NCBI GenBank assembly: GCA_964355655.1
Contig: CAYHDT010000002.1
Location: 15,598 to 79,597, forward strand
Source of the DNA: an uncultured Candidatus Saccharibacteria bacterium
GTDB taxonomy: Bacteria; Patescibacteriota; Minisyncoccia; Phycocordibacterales; SBAW01
DNA length: 64,000 bases
Direction of reading: 5' to 3'
Shown here: in pieces, positions 28,090 to 37,694 of the stretch
How positions within the stretch are numbered: the stretch's first letter is position 1
Layout of the letters: the number at the start of each line of letters is the position of its first letter
Position numbers and translations under genes: made by a program
Notes under the pieces: generated by a model
Seen by the model: the letters and a program-made list of their open reading frames with translations, nothing else
Database searches by the model: none
Told to the model about the DNA's origin: nothing

Positions 28090-29172
28090 GTGCAAACTCA
28101 AAATAATGACGCGGTGCTTTTGGTCAATACCGGCGATGGACGCTACGCGCGTTACTTTGCCGAACTTGGCCGAGCACTCGGCATGGTCTCGTCTTGGGCT
28201 AAGCAGTGGTCCGGAGGGACGCTTGACGCATCCCAACACACAGACTATCTGCGCGGCCTTGTAGCATGCTTTAACATGCTACAGAGCCGGTTCAATTTCG
28301 AGACCAGCGACCCACTCATGGTGGATCTGTCCAACTCCGGATTTCCGCACGGCTATATGTTGGCGCGGATAGCGGCAGATAGGGCGGAGGCAACAGCCGA
28401 GCATCTCAAAGGAGACGCTTTCGGTCCGACCCAGCTCAAGCAGGTCTTCTTAGACGACTTGTTTGCGAGCGGCTCGGTTAACCAAGCGCTGCTCAACAGG
28501 ATCGCGTGCGCCAAATATGCCGAGGTGGTAACCGCCATGGACGTGGCGTTCGACCCTCGGTTTATGTGCGGTAAACCGCAAAACGGGACCGCTGATAAGC
28601 GGTACCGACTGCAGTGGAGCACGTTCGACCCGGCGCTTAATCTGCCGGTGTTGTGCGGCATGATCTTCGAATACGGAGGGCTCGATTTAACCCGGACCCT
28701 TGAGGGATTGAAGCTCGTGCTTAAGTATGAGACCAAGGCCGGAGTCTCGGTCGCGGCGCTCGCGCACAACATCGACACCGGTGTTGCGGATATCCGCGTT
28801 ATTGCCCTTAGTCGGGCAATCATGGGTCCTCTGCATTTGCCCGGCCTTACCGATCAAAGCGCTCCGTGCGCATTACCGAGCGTCAAGCTCGGGGAGGATA
28901 TCGTGGTTGATATAACCGTCGATCATACTCATTCGGTAAGCATCAAAAAGCCGACCACGCTTGCGGTGCGGTTTGGAGTAAGTCCGGCCGAACAACAAGT
29001 GTACTCGATTCGCACCGCAGATCCGCTGTGCTACATGCGGGGAGCGGATGCGGTCGAACGTATCGTTATCCTGCCGCACCGCATGCTGCAAGGCATGTCT
29101 GCGGCGGACAAACAAGACAGCATGGGCGAGTTTACGCTCGTGCCTTACATCAAGGAAGGAGAACTTCAGTGA
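28090..29172 (+). CDS. Uncharacterised protein of the AAA operon
   Basis: GTG start after aaagga; stop overlaps the next GTG (GTGA). Confidence 0.75.
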   Translation: MQTQNNDAVLLVNTGDGRYARYFAELGRALGMVSSWAKQWSGGTLDASQHTDYLRGLVACFNMLQSRFNFETSDPLMVDLSNSGFPHGYMLARIAADRAEATAEHLKGDAFGPTQLKQVFLDDLFASGSVNQALLNRIACAKYAEVVTAMDVAFDPRFMCGKPQNGTADKRYRLQWSTFDPALNLPVLCGMIFEYGGLDLTRTLEGLKLVLKYETKAGVSVAALAHNIDTGVADIRVIALSRAIMGPLHLPGLTDQSAPCALPSVKLGEDIVVDITVDHTHSVSIKKPTTLAVRFGVSPAEQQVYSIRTADPLCYMRGADAVERIVILPHRMLQGMSAADKQDSMGEFTLVPYIKEGELQ

Positions 29173-31091
29173 ACGGGAGCTCACGAGTGGAGATCAAGGA
29201 GAAGCAAATCGCAGAAAAACTGCGTAATGCCGACTCCTTGGTAACGAAAGCGGAGTGGCAGCCGCGAGCAAGTGCTCCTCCTCCGGGGGAGTTACATCGC
29301 CAGCGGTTGCTCAACCAAGTGCAACCGATGCCCAGCGCCTCGCTCCAAGAGAGCCTCAAGCTTGTCCGCAAAGACGGCTCGGCTATCTTGGGCGGCATGG
29401 AACATCGAGTGCTGCATGGAGTCCGTCACGGCATCCAGATAGCTCTGGCTGCGGCGGACGAATATCGGCGTCTGACCGGCATCGATCAGATGGGCGACCT
29501 CTCAAACCTGAGTACGGATAAACGGTCCGAGATTCAGGACAAGATGCGCACTGCGTCAGCCATCGTGCTCTTTACGCTGGCGCGCTTCGTCGAGGAAGGT
29601 CTCGGTGAAGTCAGTGACGAGGACGCGCACCGGGAGCACGTAATGCTTCCGGAATGCGTCTTCGACGAGCCGATTACAGCCCTGCGCTGTATCATCTTCT
29701 ATCTGTGTGCCAACCTCGCACACCCGAAGGTTAACAACGACAAGGCCCTCGGGGCTACGGTAGGAGTCTTCTTCGAGAAGGTCATAAGCGAGATTGAAAC
29801 CCGCAAAGCGACCTTCATGCACCTCGAGCAGTTCCAAGCGATCTCATTCGGGGTCGAAGGGAGCGAGTTCACGATCGAGGGACTTGTGCGCCACGACACC
29901 GGTGTCGTGAGCGTGGAATTTAAACGGAAAGAGCTTTCCGAAAACGTCGGCAATGCCGACGCCAAGCACTTCATTCGGCGCCTTGCGCGCCGTTTGGTAA
30001 GCTATAATCCGAAAGAAAAGAAAAATGTCTTCATGGAATTGGGCGGTATTATGGACCCGTGGATGGGCTACGGCAAGCCGGGTACCGGCAAGTCGGACCT
30101 CATCGCGATCCTTGCGACCATGCTCGATGATCTGTGCAAGGCGCGTAAAATACCGTTCCTGTTCAATCCGTTGCCGGACAATCTGATCGATTCGTATCAG
30201 GGCAACTCGGCCCGAAACATGGTCAAGTGGATGCTGCAGATGCAGGCGACCGATAAGATCGTCTACGCATCTATCGACGACGCCGAAAACGTACTCGAGG
30301 AGAGGACCCGTCAGGGCGTCTCCGAAGGTGTGCGTGCCGTTATCGGAGTGTTCCTCCGCTATACGGAAGGCGCCTATGCGATACGCCGGGGCAACTCGAC
30401 GATCGGCATCATGACCAATCTGCCCGAGCAGCTCGACGCAGCCGTTCGCTCCCGGGTACAGGGACGGATGGTCATCGACGGCTTTAAAACTGTCGAGGAT
30501 GCGCTCGATCAGTCTCATCTGTGGTGGAAGAAGCGGTACGGCGGACAAGAAGGATTCGTAAATCTCAAGGACCCCACCGCTTACATGTATCAGAGCGCCC
30601 AAAAGGAGCTCAAATCCGCCGCCGAGGCAGCGCAGACCCGCGACTCTCCGGAGCACGGGATTATGAAAGATATCTTTGAGCGCGTGCTCAAGGAAAACGA
30701 CCCCGAAAGCCACGAGTTCATTGCAAAATGGATGGTGGCGGTCATGGAACGGTACCCCGCGTTCTCTTCGCGAGACATGCGGAATATCCACTCCGCGGTG
30801 GACCTTCGCGTCATGGATTTCGATATCCCCGACCGTTGGTTCGAACCCGCGACACTGGGTGAGTTTCATGACCAGCCGTACGAGCAACAGCTGGGGATGG
30901 TCAAAGAACTTCGCACCGCCAATATGAAGGGGCTGAAGTTTGGCGACATGCTCCGGCAGGAAAGCGTGCGGTATCTCGACAACTACGCTCTGATTGCCGA
31001 TGCGCAATTCGACCGCGAGGTCGACGAGCGCATCAAGCAAATCCGGATCGAGCAGGAAGTCGAAAGACGTCTGCGGCAAAAAGCCGCGTAA
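29169..31091 (+). CDS. Classical-clade AAA ATPase with long N-terminal domain
   Basis: Walker A GKPGTGKS, pore loop IDSYQGNSARN, Walker B ASIDDAE, SRH MTNLPEQLDAAVRSR. Confidence 0.9.
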   Translation: MNGSSRVEIKEKQIAEKLRNADSLVTKAEWQPRASAPPPGELHRQRLLNQVQPMPSASLQESLKLVRKDGSAILGGMEHRVLHGVRHGIQIALAAADEYRRLTGIDQMGDLSNLSTDKRSEIQDKMRTASAIVLFTLARFVEEGLGEVSDEDAHREHVMLPECVFDEPITALRCIIFYLCANLAHPKVNNDKALGATVGVFFEKVISEIETRKATFMHLEQFQAISFGVEGSEFTIEGLVRHDTGVVSVEFKRKELSENVGNADAKHFIRRLARRLVSYNPKEKKNVFMELGGIMDPWMGYGKPGTGKSDLIAILATMLDDLCKARKIPFLFNPLPDNLIDSYQGNSARNMVKWMLQMQATDKIVYASIDDAENVLEERTRQGVSEGVRAVIGVFLRYTEGAYAIRRGNSTIGIMTNLPEQLDAAVRSRVQGRMVIDGFKTVEDALDQSHLWWKKRYGGQEGFVNLKDPTAYMYQSAQKELKSAAEAAQTRDSPEHGIMKDIFERVLKENDPESHEFIAKWMVAVMERYPAFSSRDMRNIHSAVDLRVMDFDIPDRWFEPATLGEFHDQPYEQQLGMVKELRTANMKGLKFGDMLRQESVRYLDNYALIADAQFDREVDERIKQIRIEQEVERRLRQKAA

Positions 31092-31106
31092 GAAAGGGAG
31101 CCAAGC

Positions 31107-32372
31107 ATGCCCATCATGCATGAGCTTATCGAAGCGGGGTTGTTCGGCCGGGGACTTATCCCGGTCGACAACCCGATTCTGGTGGCGCGCTACAACGCGT
31201 GCCTCAAGGACATGGGTCTTGTGCCCACGCGATTGAAGCGTTTCCAGCTCGACAAAATGGGCTGGAGCCCCGAAATAGCGGCCGAGCAAGGCCATGATTA
31301 TTATCTATCGCACGGGGACGCAAATCCTCTTGCGATAGTGTTGGTCCCCGAGCAGAGCAGCTCGAAAGTCCCCATCTATTATCCGTTCCACTCGTACGAT
31401 TGGGATCTGATGGGAGCCTGGGGTACCGCAAACCGGACACCTATCTTCGAGTTAACCAAGGACACGGCGATCTGGCTCGATATTGATCAAGAAGTTGATC
31501 TTTATCAGACGCCGGCAGATCTGCGCAGTGTATATGAAGTTATCGTGCGTGCACACACGCCCGACAACATCATCGGAAAAGCTATCGAACAGCGTGATCT
31601 GGTTACCGAGTTCATCCGCAAGGAGGATTCGCATCAGGATATGGCGCTGATCGAGAAAATCCGGGATAGCCGCGAACGGGTCGGGGACCTCCAAAACCGG
31701 AGTCTCATAATCCGAGACTACACTTTTACCGACGTGCGCAACTTCTACTCGCGTGCGTTCGGCGGAGTGTTCGTACTCCGTTCTAGAGACGGCGAGGCTC
31801 TAATCTTCTGCCGCGACCCGAAGGTCGCCAAGAAGCATGGTCTCCTCGTGGCAAACACGAGCGCGCTCGATACGCTTATCGAACACGGGTATGCCGAGCG
31901 AGATACCGCCTGGTGGAGGGACAATCTCTATCGCCTGCGGATCATTGCGGAGTCGTTTCTGATGGAGGTGCTGGACGAAGAGGAACCGGAACTTGAGTTT
32001 CTCTCGCTTAATCGGGCGGAACAAAAGGCCGTCGTTCAAAAGTACGGTGACCAGCTCGGGATGTATGTGCAGCTCAACCGCTTAATTCGAACACTCGAGC
32101 AAGGCAAAGAACCTGCTGCGGTGCCGCCGGCAGTGGCCGACCTTCTGGTGCATCCGTCTCATGACCTGACTCCCGTATCGCGGGAAGTCGTGGGACAACT
32201 GCTTTCGTATATTTACGGCGGCAGGCTGGTACCGCTCTTCTACAGGCACCAGAAGACGGCGTTCGTCTCCAAGTACACACGGGTTTGGAAGACCCCTCGC
32301 AGACAGTGGGCCCTGGAACGCATCCGGGAGCACTACGATCTCGCAAGCAAGTCCTCCAACATCCCTTCGTAG
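31107..32372 (+). CDS. Uncharacterised protein, DUF6638-like
   Basis: LVARYNACL, DKMGWSPEIA, NFYSRAFGGVFV resemble my recollection of DUF6638; needs HMM confirmation. Confidence 0.7.
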   Translation: MPIMHELIEAGLFGRGLIPVDNPILVARYNACLKDMGLVPTRLKRFQLDKMGWSPEIAAEQGHDYYLSHGDANPLAIVLVPEQSSSKVPIYYPFHSYDWDLMGAWGTANRTPIFELTKDTAIWLDIDQEVDLYQTPADLRSVYEVIVRAHTPDNIIGKAIEQRDLVTEFIRKEDSHQDMALIEKIRDSRERVGDLQNRSLIIRDYTFTDVRNFYSRAFGGVFVLRSRDGEALIFCRDPKVAKKHGLLVANTSALDTLIEHGYAERDTAWWRDNLYRLRIIAESFLMEVLDEEEPELEFLSLNRAEQKAVVQKYGDQLGMYVQLNRLIRTLEQGKEPAAVPPAVADLLVHPSHDLTPVSREVVGQLLSYIYGGRLVPLFYRHQKTAFVSKYTRVWKTPRRQWALERIREHYDLASKSSNIPS

Positions 32373-32391
32373 TTCTTTCGTTCCAACAGTC

Positions 32392-32424
32392 AAACATGGA
32401 AGGTACCCCCTTCCATGTTTTTTT
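32392..32424 (+). terminator. Intrinsic terminator closing the four-gene operon
   Basis: aaacatggaagg-taccc-ccttccatgttt followed by T-run. Confidence 0.8.
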
Positions 32425-32511
32425 ATTATATGGTATAATTGAGGCAGACTAGAAAGCCCAAAAAAGGCTTACGGCTCTTCAAAATATCAAACTCTCACAA
32501 GGAGAAATACG

Positions 32512-33114
32512 ATGATGCTTGCAGCTTTCGGTGCATGGTTTGCCAGTTACTTGGCACCGCTATTGGTGGTGTTTATGGTCGCAGGAGCGATCCTTGAGAT
32601 CGCGGACCGCTATATTGGCGTTCCGTTCTACCGATGGTACTACAACCGCGGCGACACTCACGGGAAACCGATGCCCGTCGACCAGATGGGCTTCTTCTAC
32701 GGCCGCACACTCAAACAGCAGCACAACCGCGCTCTGTTTCTGTCGGCCGCTCAAAGCGTGCTGGCAGTTTCCTTCGGCAATTACACGCCGTGGGAGATTG
32801 TCGCAGAAATTCCCGCTCTCTTTTTGGAGGGATGGTTCCTGGTTCCGGGCCTGTGGCTCGGAGACAAGATTTTTGTCCACGTCATCAGGCGACAGGATAA
32901 AATCTTCGATGCTCTCGACCACAGGGAGGAAACCGTCAAAAACCTGTTCTCATGGGTGCTTGGCCTTTCTTCGAAATTCCGGAGCATCATTCCAGCGACA
33001 AAGCCTGTCGAGCAACCTCAGCCGCCTGCGTCCGAGGTCACCTCGGCGCCGGCAAAGCCCACGCGGAACATGAGCGCAAAGAGCGTTCTGCAACGTCATT
33101 CCGACGGGAGATAG
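32512..33114 (+). CDS. Hypothetical membrane protein
   Basis: About three hydrophobic segments, aaggag SD. Confidence 0.7.
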   Translation: MMLAAFGAWFASYLAPLLVVFMVAGAILEIADRYIGVPFYRWYYNRGDTHGKPMPVDQMGFFYGRTLKQQHNRALFLSAAQSVLAVSFGNYTPWEIVAEIPALFLEGWFLVPGLWLGDKIFVHVIRRQDKIFDALDHREETVKNLFSWVLGLSSKFRSIIPATKPVEQPQPPASEVTSAPAKPTRNMSAKSVLQRHSDGR

Positions 33115-33116
33115 AT

Positions 33117-34820
33117 GTGAACAAAACTGCGCTCGATACCACCGACTGGGAATGGCGCAAGCCGTCTTTCAGAGTCTTTCTTGAAAGTCTCTGGGACGAC
33201 TTCGTGGAATTTCTGCGAAGCAAGTCCTGGCGCGAGTGGCACTGGGGGCTGCGGCTCGCTGTCGCAATACTCATACCGGCCGCTATCGTCAGCGTCTATA
33301 TCTTCCGTTATCTCTGGGAGCCGTATGCATTCTTCGTTCCGCGCATCTATGCCGGAGCGGGTTTACTGGCTCTCGTCTTGACGGTGGGTTGTTGGTTTGG
33401 GATCGGCACCTTCGTTGGGTGGCTGTTTCCTTCATCAAAAGTGCTTGTGCGATATTTGCGGCCGGTCGGAGCCTTGCTCGGGCTGGTGCTCGTACTATCC
33501 GGAGCCGGCTACGCAAAGCCGCTTCATACCTTCTTCTCGCAGTACTGGCGCTTTCAGACGTTGAACATAGTCGAGCCAAAGGTCGACCCTTTGACCGACC
33601 ATGAGCGCATCTGGTCGCTGGACGGAATTCAAACTTTTGTCCGCCGGCAGATGCGTGATACCGAAACGCCTTCGAAAGCACACCTCGTGCGCGAGGGCAG
33701 TGGGTACAACTGGACGATGGGCATCGAGCCCACGACCTGGCTGTTGCAGTACTGGGACCCTGTCGAGGAGGTGGTCAGGATACGTGCCGACATCACCTCC
33801 TTTGATCTGCATCGCGGCAGAAATGCCCGCTTTGCAACGGGGGAGAGCCTCAAGTTCTCGCGCAACATCTACACCTGCGTACAGAGGCGCTTCTGGTTTT
33901 GGAATTCCTTCAGCCACGAAGTCGCCCGCACTACCATGTATCTGAAAAATGATACAGGGAAAGAGGTGCAGGTGGTGCCCATTACTCGTTGGGCGGGCTG
34001 GGCTTTCCCCCGGCGGGAGTTTGGCGGCGTTATGGTCATCGATGAAACTCCTGAGCGGTCCTGGCTGGGTGAGCGTCTCGAAACTCTGAAAAGAGTCTTT
34101 TGGGGATGCGGCACCTGGGTTGGTCCCGACCAAATTGCCTCGTACCTGTACCTCGTGGGCCAAAATCTGGTACCCTTCGAGGTGACCCGCGACATGGCGG
34201 CGAGTCTGCGCTTTAGAAACGGTTTCTTTGCGCCGACTTGGTTTAGGAGAGAGGGTGATATCCGCATCGCGGACATGCCCGACGATCAAAACGAGCAGCC
34301 CTTTACTCTCTTCTTCCACATCCGGAACGACGAGGGCAAGGTGGTTGCTTCGAAGCTTTTCCAGTATGTGGCACTCGAGCCGTACGACTCTGCACACCAG
34401 GGTCACGCGGCCGAGTTTCTGCATCCCGGAGACGGCATCGGGCCGTCGTACGTATTCCAATTTTTCGGCGAGCGGGAGTCGCTTACAGGCGTCACCGCGG
34501 TGCCGGGATGGGTACGGTCGTCAAGGCGGAACTACGATTGGCCAACCAATCTGCCCAATGAGCACCGGCCGTATATCAAGGATATCCCGGACTCTAACGG
34601 CACCGTCAAGACGCGGCGCATGTGGCTGACGGCGGTTGTGACGATTGATAAGGAAAAGTACGACAAGAAGGATCCGAAAGGGTTCATCACCGGCAGTCCG
34701 GATATTGTCATCACCGATGCGCGAAAAAACAAATCGGTGTGGGTCAAGAGTGACAACCCGAAAGACTGGCCGGAGCAGCTGCACAAGGAACTTGGTCCGA
34801 TTTGGGCCGAGAAGCCCTGA
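33117..34820 (+). CDS. Membrane protein with three N-terminal TM helices and a large soluble domain
   Basis: GTG 2 nt after upstream stop, gggag SD; beta-rich, Trp-rich C-terminal region. Confidence 0.75.
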   Translation: MNKTALDTTDWEWRKPSFRVFLESLWDDFVEFLRSKSWREWHWGLRLAVAILIPAAIVSVYIFRYLWEPYAFFVPRIYAGAGLLALVLTVGCWFGIGTFVGWLFPSSKVLVRYLRPVGALLGLVLVLSGAGYAKPLHTFFSQYWRFQTLNIVEPKVDPLTDHERIWSLDGIQTFVRRQMRDTETPSKAHLVREGSGYNWTMGIEPTTWLLQYWDPVEEVVRIRADITSFDLHRGRNARFATGESLKFSRNIYTCVQRRFWFWNSFSHEVARTTMYLKNDTGKEVQVVPITRWAGWAFPRREFGGVMVIDETPERSWLGERLETLKRVFWGCGTWVGPDQIASYLYLVGQNLVPFEVTRDMAASLRFRNGFFAPTWFRREGDIRIADMPDDQNEQPFTLFFHIRNDEGKVVASKLFQYVALEPYDSAHQGHAAEFLHPGDGIGPSYVFQFFGERESLTGVTAVPGWVRSSRRNYDWPTNLPNEHRPYIKDIPDSNGTVKTRRMWLTAVVTIDKEKYDKKDPKGFITGSPDIVITDARKNKSVWVKSDNPKDWPEQLHKELGPIWAEKP

Positions 34821-34856
34821 AAGCGCAAAGTTCTTTCGTCCGACCTCAAACAGCTG

Positions 34857-34883
34857 GGCGCCTCTACCAAGAGGCGCCTTTTT
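34857..34883 (+). terminator. Intrinsic terminator
   Basis: ggcgcctct-acca-agaggcgcc followed by T-run. Confidence 0.75.
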
Positions 34884-34962
34884 CTTTTCCTTCAAACGCT
34901 TGTGATTATACGAATTTCTTGTATAATATTTTTAGACGTCATCGTTATTTTAAGGGGGCCAA

Positions 34963-35943
34963 ATGGACTATAGCCAAGGCGGTTTTGAGCGCAACGGGTC
35001 GATATTCCGGCACTTGCGGCTTAAAAAAGAGATGCTCCAACATGCCGACGCCGGCCATCGGGAAATTCGCCCTGTCCTGCTTGGACTGTCAGGAGTTTTC
35101 CGCGGCGTGCGATGCGGGGCACAGCTGAAAGTGCTGCACGACCATGGATACAATGACTCGTTCGACCATGCAGTTGCGGTCTCGACGAGCGCTCCGGCCA
35201 TCGGCTACTCGCTTGCCGGCCAGCCAGCTTTGGGGTTGAGCATTTACTGGGACGAATGCCTTTCGGGCAAATTCATACCCACCCACTATTCGCAGCTGCC
35301 GTGGGAGGTCTTGAAGATGTTTTGGACGAAAGGCAAAGATCCGCTTATGGATATCGAGTATCTTTGCGACGTCTTCCGCGGCAAGGTGTCTAACAAAGCG
35401 CTCGACCAAGAAGCCGCGCGGCGATGCCGTACCCGTTTTTCTGTGGCGGTCACCCGCTGCAACGACGGGGAAGGGATGTTGCTGGACGCTAAAAAAACCA
35501 ATCCGGACATGGTCGAGGCTATCCGAGCTTCGATTGCGGTGCCGGGGGTATCTAATGGCAAGGTGCGCATTGACGGAGTCGAATATATCGACGGCGTCGG
35601 TGCGATGCCCTTCCCGATAGAGCTTATCTTGCGAGAATTGGATCCGACGGATATTTTGGTTTTGGCCAACCGCGCGGAAGACGAGAGTATCCATCTTGTC
35701 GAGCACTTGCTTACCAGTCTGGCGCTCCATTCGGAAGTTGCGCGCGTGCAGGAAGAATTTAGCACGCGCGAAATCCGCTTTGCTCAGAGCCTCGAGCTTT
35801 TGCGCAATTGGAAAGGCCGGTGGGGAATCGTGTGGTGTCCGCCGGATCTTCACGCGGTTGAAGTCAACCCCGACAAGCTCCAGCGCGCGGCAAAAGAAGC
35901 GGAGAGTATTATGACTACACTTTTGCGCCACGAAACTCAGTAA
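34963..35943 (+). CDS. Divergent patatin-like phospholipase
   Basis: SGVFRG (oxyanion loop), AVSTSA (GxSxG position), AIRASIAVP, YIDGVG (DGG position). Confidence 0.75.
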   Translation: MDYSQGGFERNGSIFRHLRLKKEMLQHADAGHREIRPVLLGLSGVFRGVRCGAQLKVLHDHGYNDSFDHAVAVSTSAPAIGYSLAGQPALGLSIYWDECLSGKFIPTHYSQLPWEVLKMFWTKGKDPLMDIEYLCDVFRGKVSNKALDQEAARRCRTRFSVAVTRCNDGEGMLLDAKKTNPDMVEAIRASIAVPGVSNGKVRIDGVEYIDGVGAMPFPIELILRELDPTDILVLANRAEDESIHLVEHLLTSLALHSEVARVQEEFSTREIRFAQSLELLRNWKGRWGIVWCPPDLHAVEVNPDKLQRAAKEAESIMTTLLRHETQ

Positions 35944-36072
35944 TTAATATGTATGGCGTCCTCACGGACGCCATTTCTTTATCCGGAAAGGCATTGACAA
36001 AATAGGCTATAAGTCCTATAAAGGCAGGGGTATAGTCGCGCCTAAACGGGGCGCAGCACAAGGGAGATTTAG

Positions 36073-36594
36073 ATGTTGGACGTCAAGGAAGTCAAGAGAA
36101 CTTGGGAGAGCAACCCCATCTTTTGGACCATTGTGGCCGTCGTCGGCACCGTGCTCACGGTCATTCTGGTGAAATGGTTTATCAGCATCCTCTGGGCCGT
36201 TATCGGATACGTCTTCGGGTTCGGTATCTTTGGCATCGCACTCTATGCCTTGGATTTCCACACCTTCGGATTCCTCGGCCGGCGCCAGCGGCGCATCTAT
36301 GTCGCCGGCGGCATCGCCGTCCTCTGGGCCGGCCTGGCCTCGTCGAGCCTGCTGAGCTTCCAGTTCGCGGAGAACATTATTCTTGCGTTCTGGAGCACCT
36401 TCATCATGTTCGTGGCCTTCAGCATCGGCGCGATGATCATGAAAAATCGCGACACCATCGTGAGTCGGTTCGATGATGTCGTTCAGCGGCGCGCGAAGCC
36501 GCTGGATGTGCTCAAAGAAGCCGCCGACGCGACGAAGTCTTCGGTCAAGGGTGGGGTCGATGACGCCCGCAAGGCGACTTTCGGCAAAAACTAG
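36073..36594 (+). CDS. Hypothetical four-TM membrane protein
   Basis: Hydrophobic helices; own ttgaca promoter, gggag SD and terminator. Confidence 0.7.
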   Translation: MLDVKEVKRTWESNPIFWTIVAVVGTVLTVILVKWFISILWAVIGYVFGFGIFGIALYALDFHTFGFLGRRQRRIYVAGGIAVLWAGLASSSLLSFQFAENIILAFWSTFIMFVAFSIGAMIMKNRDTIVSRFDDVVQRRAKPLDVLKEAADATKSSVKGGVDDARKATFGKN

Positions 36595-36681
36595 TTTGAC
36601 GCCCCGCACACTGCGGGGCTTTTTCTTTTGTGGGGGCGGCGTATTCCGGGTTTCGCCAAAGGCGGTGCTATACTTTTACTA

Positions 36682-37671
36682 ATGACACCACTCTTCGGCA
36701 AAAAGAAAGGGGCCCAACAAGAACGGACGGTGCTTATTCTTGATATCGAAAACGGGAGTGCCGGCAGCGCGCTTGTGCGGGTGTCGCCCGGCAAGCAGCC
36801 AAAGCTCTTCGGCGAAATACGCGGCTATACGCCGCTTGGTTTTCGCGTCACGGGCGCGACCCTCTCCGGGGATATCGAGCGGGCCGCAACTTCCGCTATA
36901 CGCAACGCCGGCGCGGTTGCCGGCCGTCTCCGCAACACAACGGCGGGCGAGGCGCGGACAAAAGAGCTGCGGGACATGGGCACCATCGACACCGTAGCTG
37001 TTTTTTTGGCGCCGCCGTGGGGCAAACCAAACCTTGAGGCCGGGCAACCTGACTTTATGCCGGAAATGTCGCAGTATCTGCGCACCGAGCTGCAAAGCGT
37101 AGTCGATGACGCCCCTGTTTCTTTTTATACCGCCGCGGGCGCAGCCGCTTTTGGCACGCGCGCGCTGTTTGCTCCCGAACCCTGTTTAGTCTGCAGCGTT
37201 ACCGGCGAGGTTTCGGAATTATTGCGCATGGACGGCCATGGGGTACGGGCGCATGCCACTATCCCGACCGGTTTGCACTCATTGTTGCGCACCTTGCGCA
37301 CGCACGGCGGCCTTTCGGAGGAGGAAGCTCGTTCTGTGGCTAAACTCCCTTTTAACACCGGACATCCCGCCGCCGAGGCTGCGCGCAGCGCGGCGTCCGA
37401 GTTTGCCGGCCATTTTAAAGATGCCGCCAAAGAGCTGCTCGGCCCCGGAGACGTATTGCGGGTGCGCATTATAGCGCATGAGCCGGCGGGTGAATGGTTT
37501 GCGCAAGCTCTTTCTGCCGACGAATCTCTCTCTGAGCTGTTTCCTCACGGCGGGGAAGTACGCGCGGTCAGATCTCATCATTTAACTCCGCACATCGAAG
37601 CGCGTGCCGAAACACCCGACTTAGCGCTGTTGCTCGAAGCTCTGTTTGTGGACAATCATTTTAATAACTAG
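36682..37671 (+). CDS. Divergent FtsA/PilM actin-like fold protein
   Basis: VLILDIENGSAG phosphate-1-like motif, VCSVTGEVSEL, TIPTGLHSLLR. Confidence 0.6.
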   Translation: MTPLFGKKKGAQQERTVLILDIENGSAGSALVRVSPGKQPKLFGEIRGYTPLGFRVTGATLSGDIERAATSAIRNAGAVAGRLRNTTAGEARTKELRDMGTIDTVAVFLAPPWGKPNLEAGQPDFMPEMSQYLRTELQSVVDDAPVSFYTAAGAAAFGTRALFAPEPCLVCSVTGEVSELLRMDGHGVRAHATIPTGLHSLLRTLRTHGGLSEEEARSVAKLPFNTGHPAAEAARSAASEFAGHFKDAAKELLGPGDVLRVRIIAHEPAGEWFAQALSADESLSELFPHGGEVRAVRSHHLTPHIEARAETPDLALLLEALFVDNHFNN

Positions 37672-37694
37672 CAATGCAGGTATAATCAAAATAT

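Noticed and set aside
34963-35943. CBASS assignment from the patatin plus nearby AAA
   Set aside because: No CD-NTase or HORMA gene is recognisable
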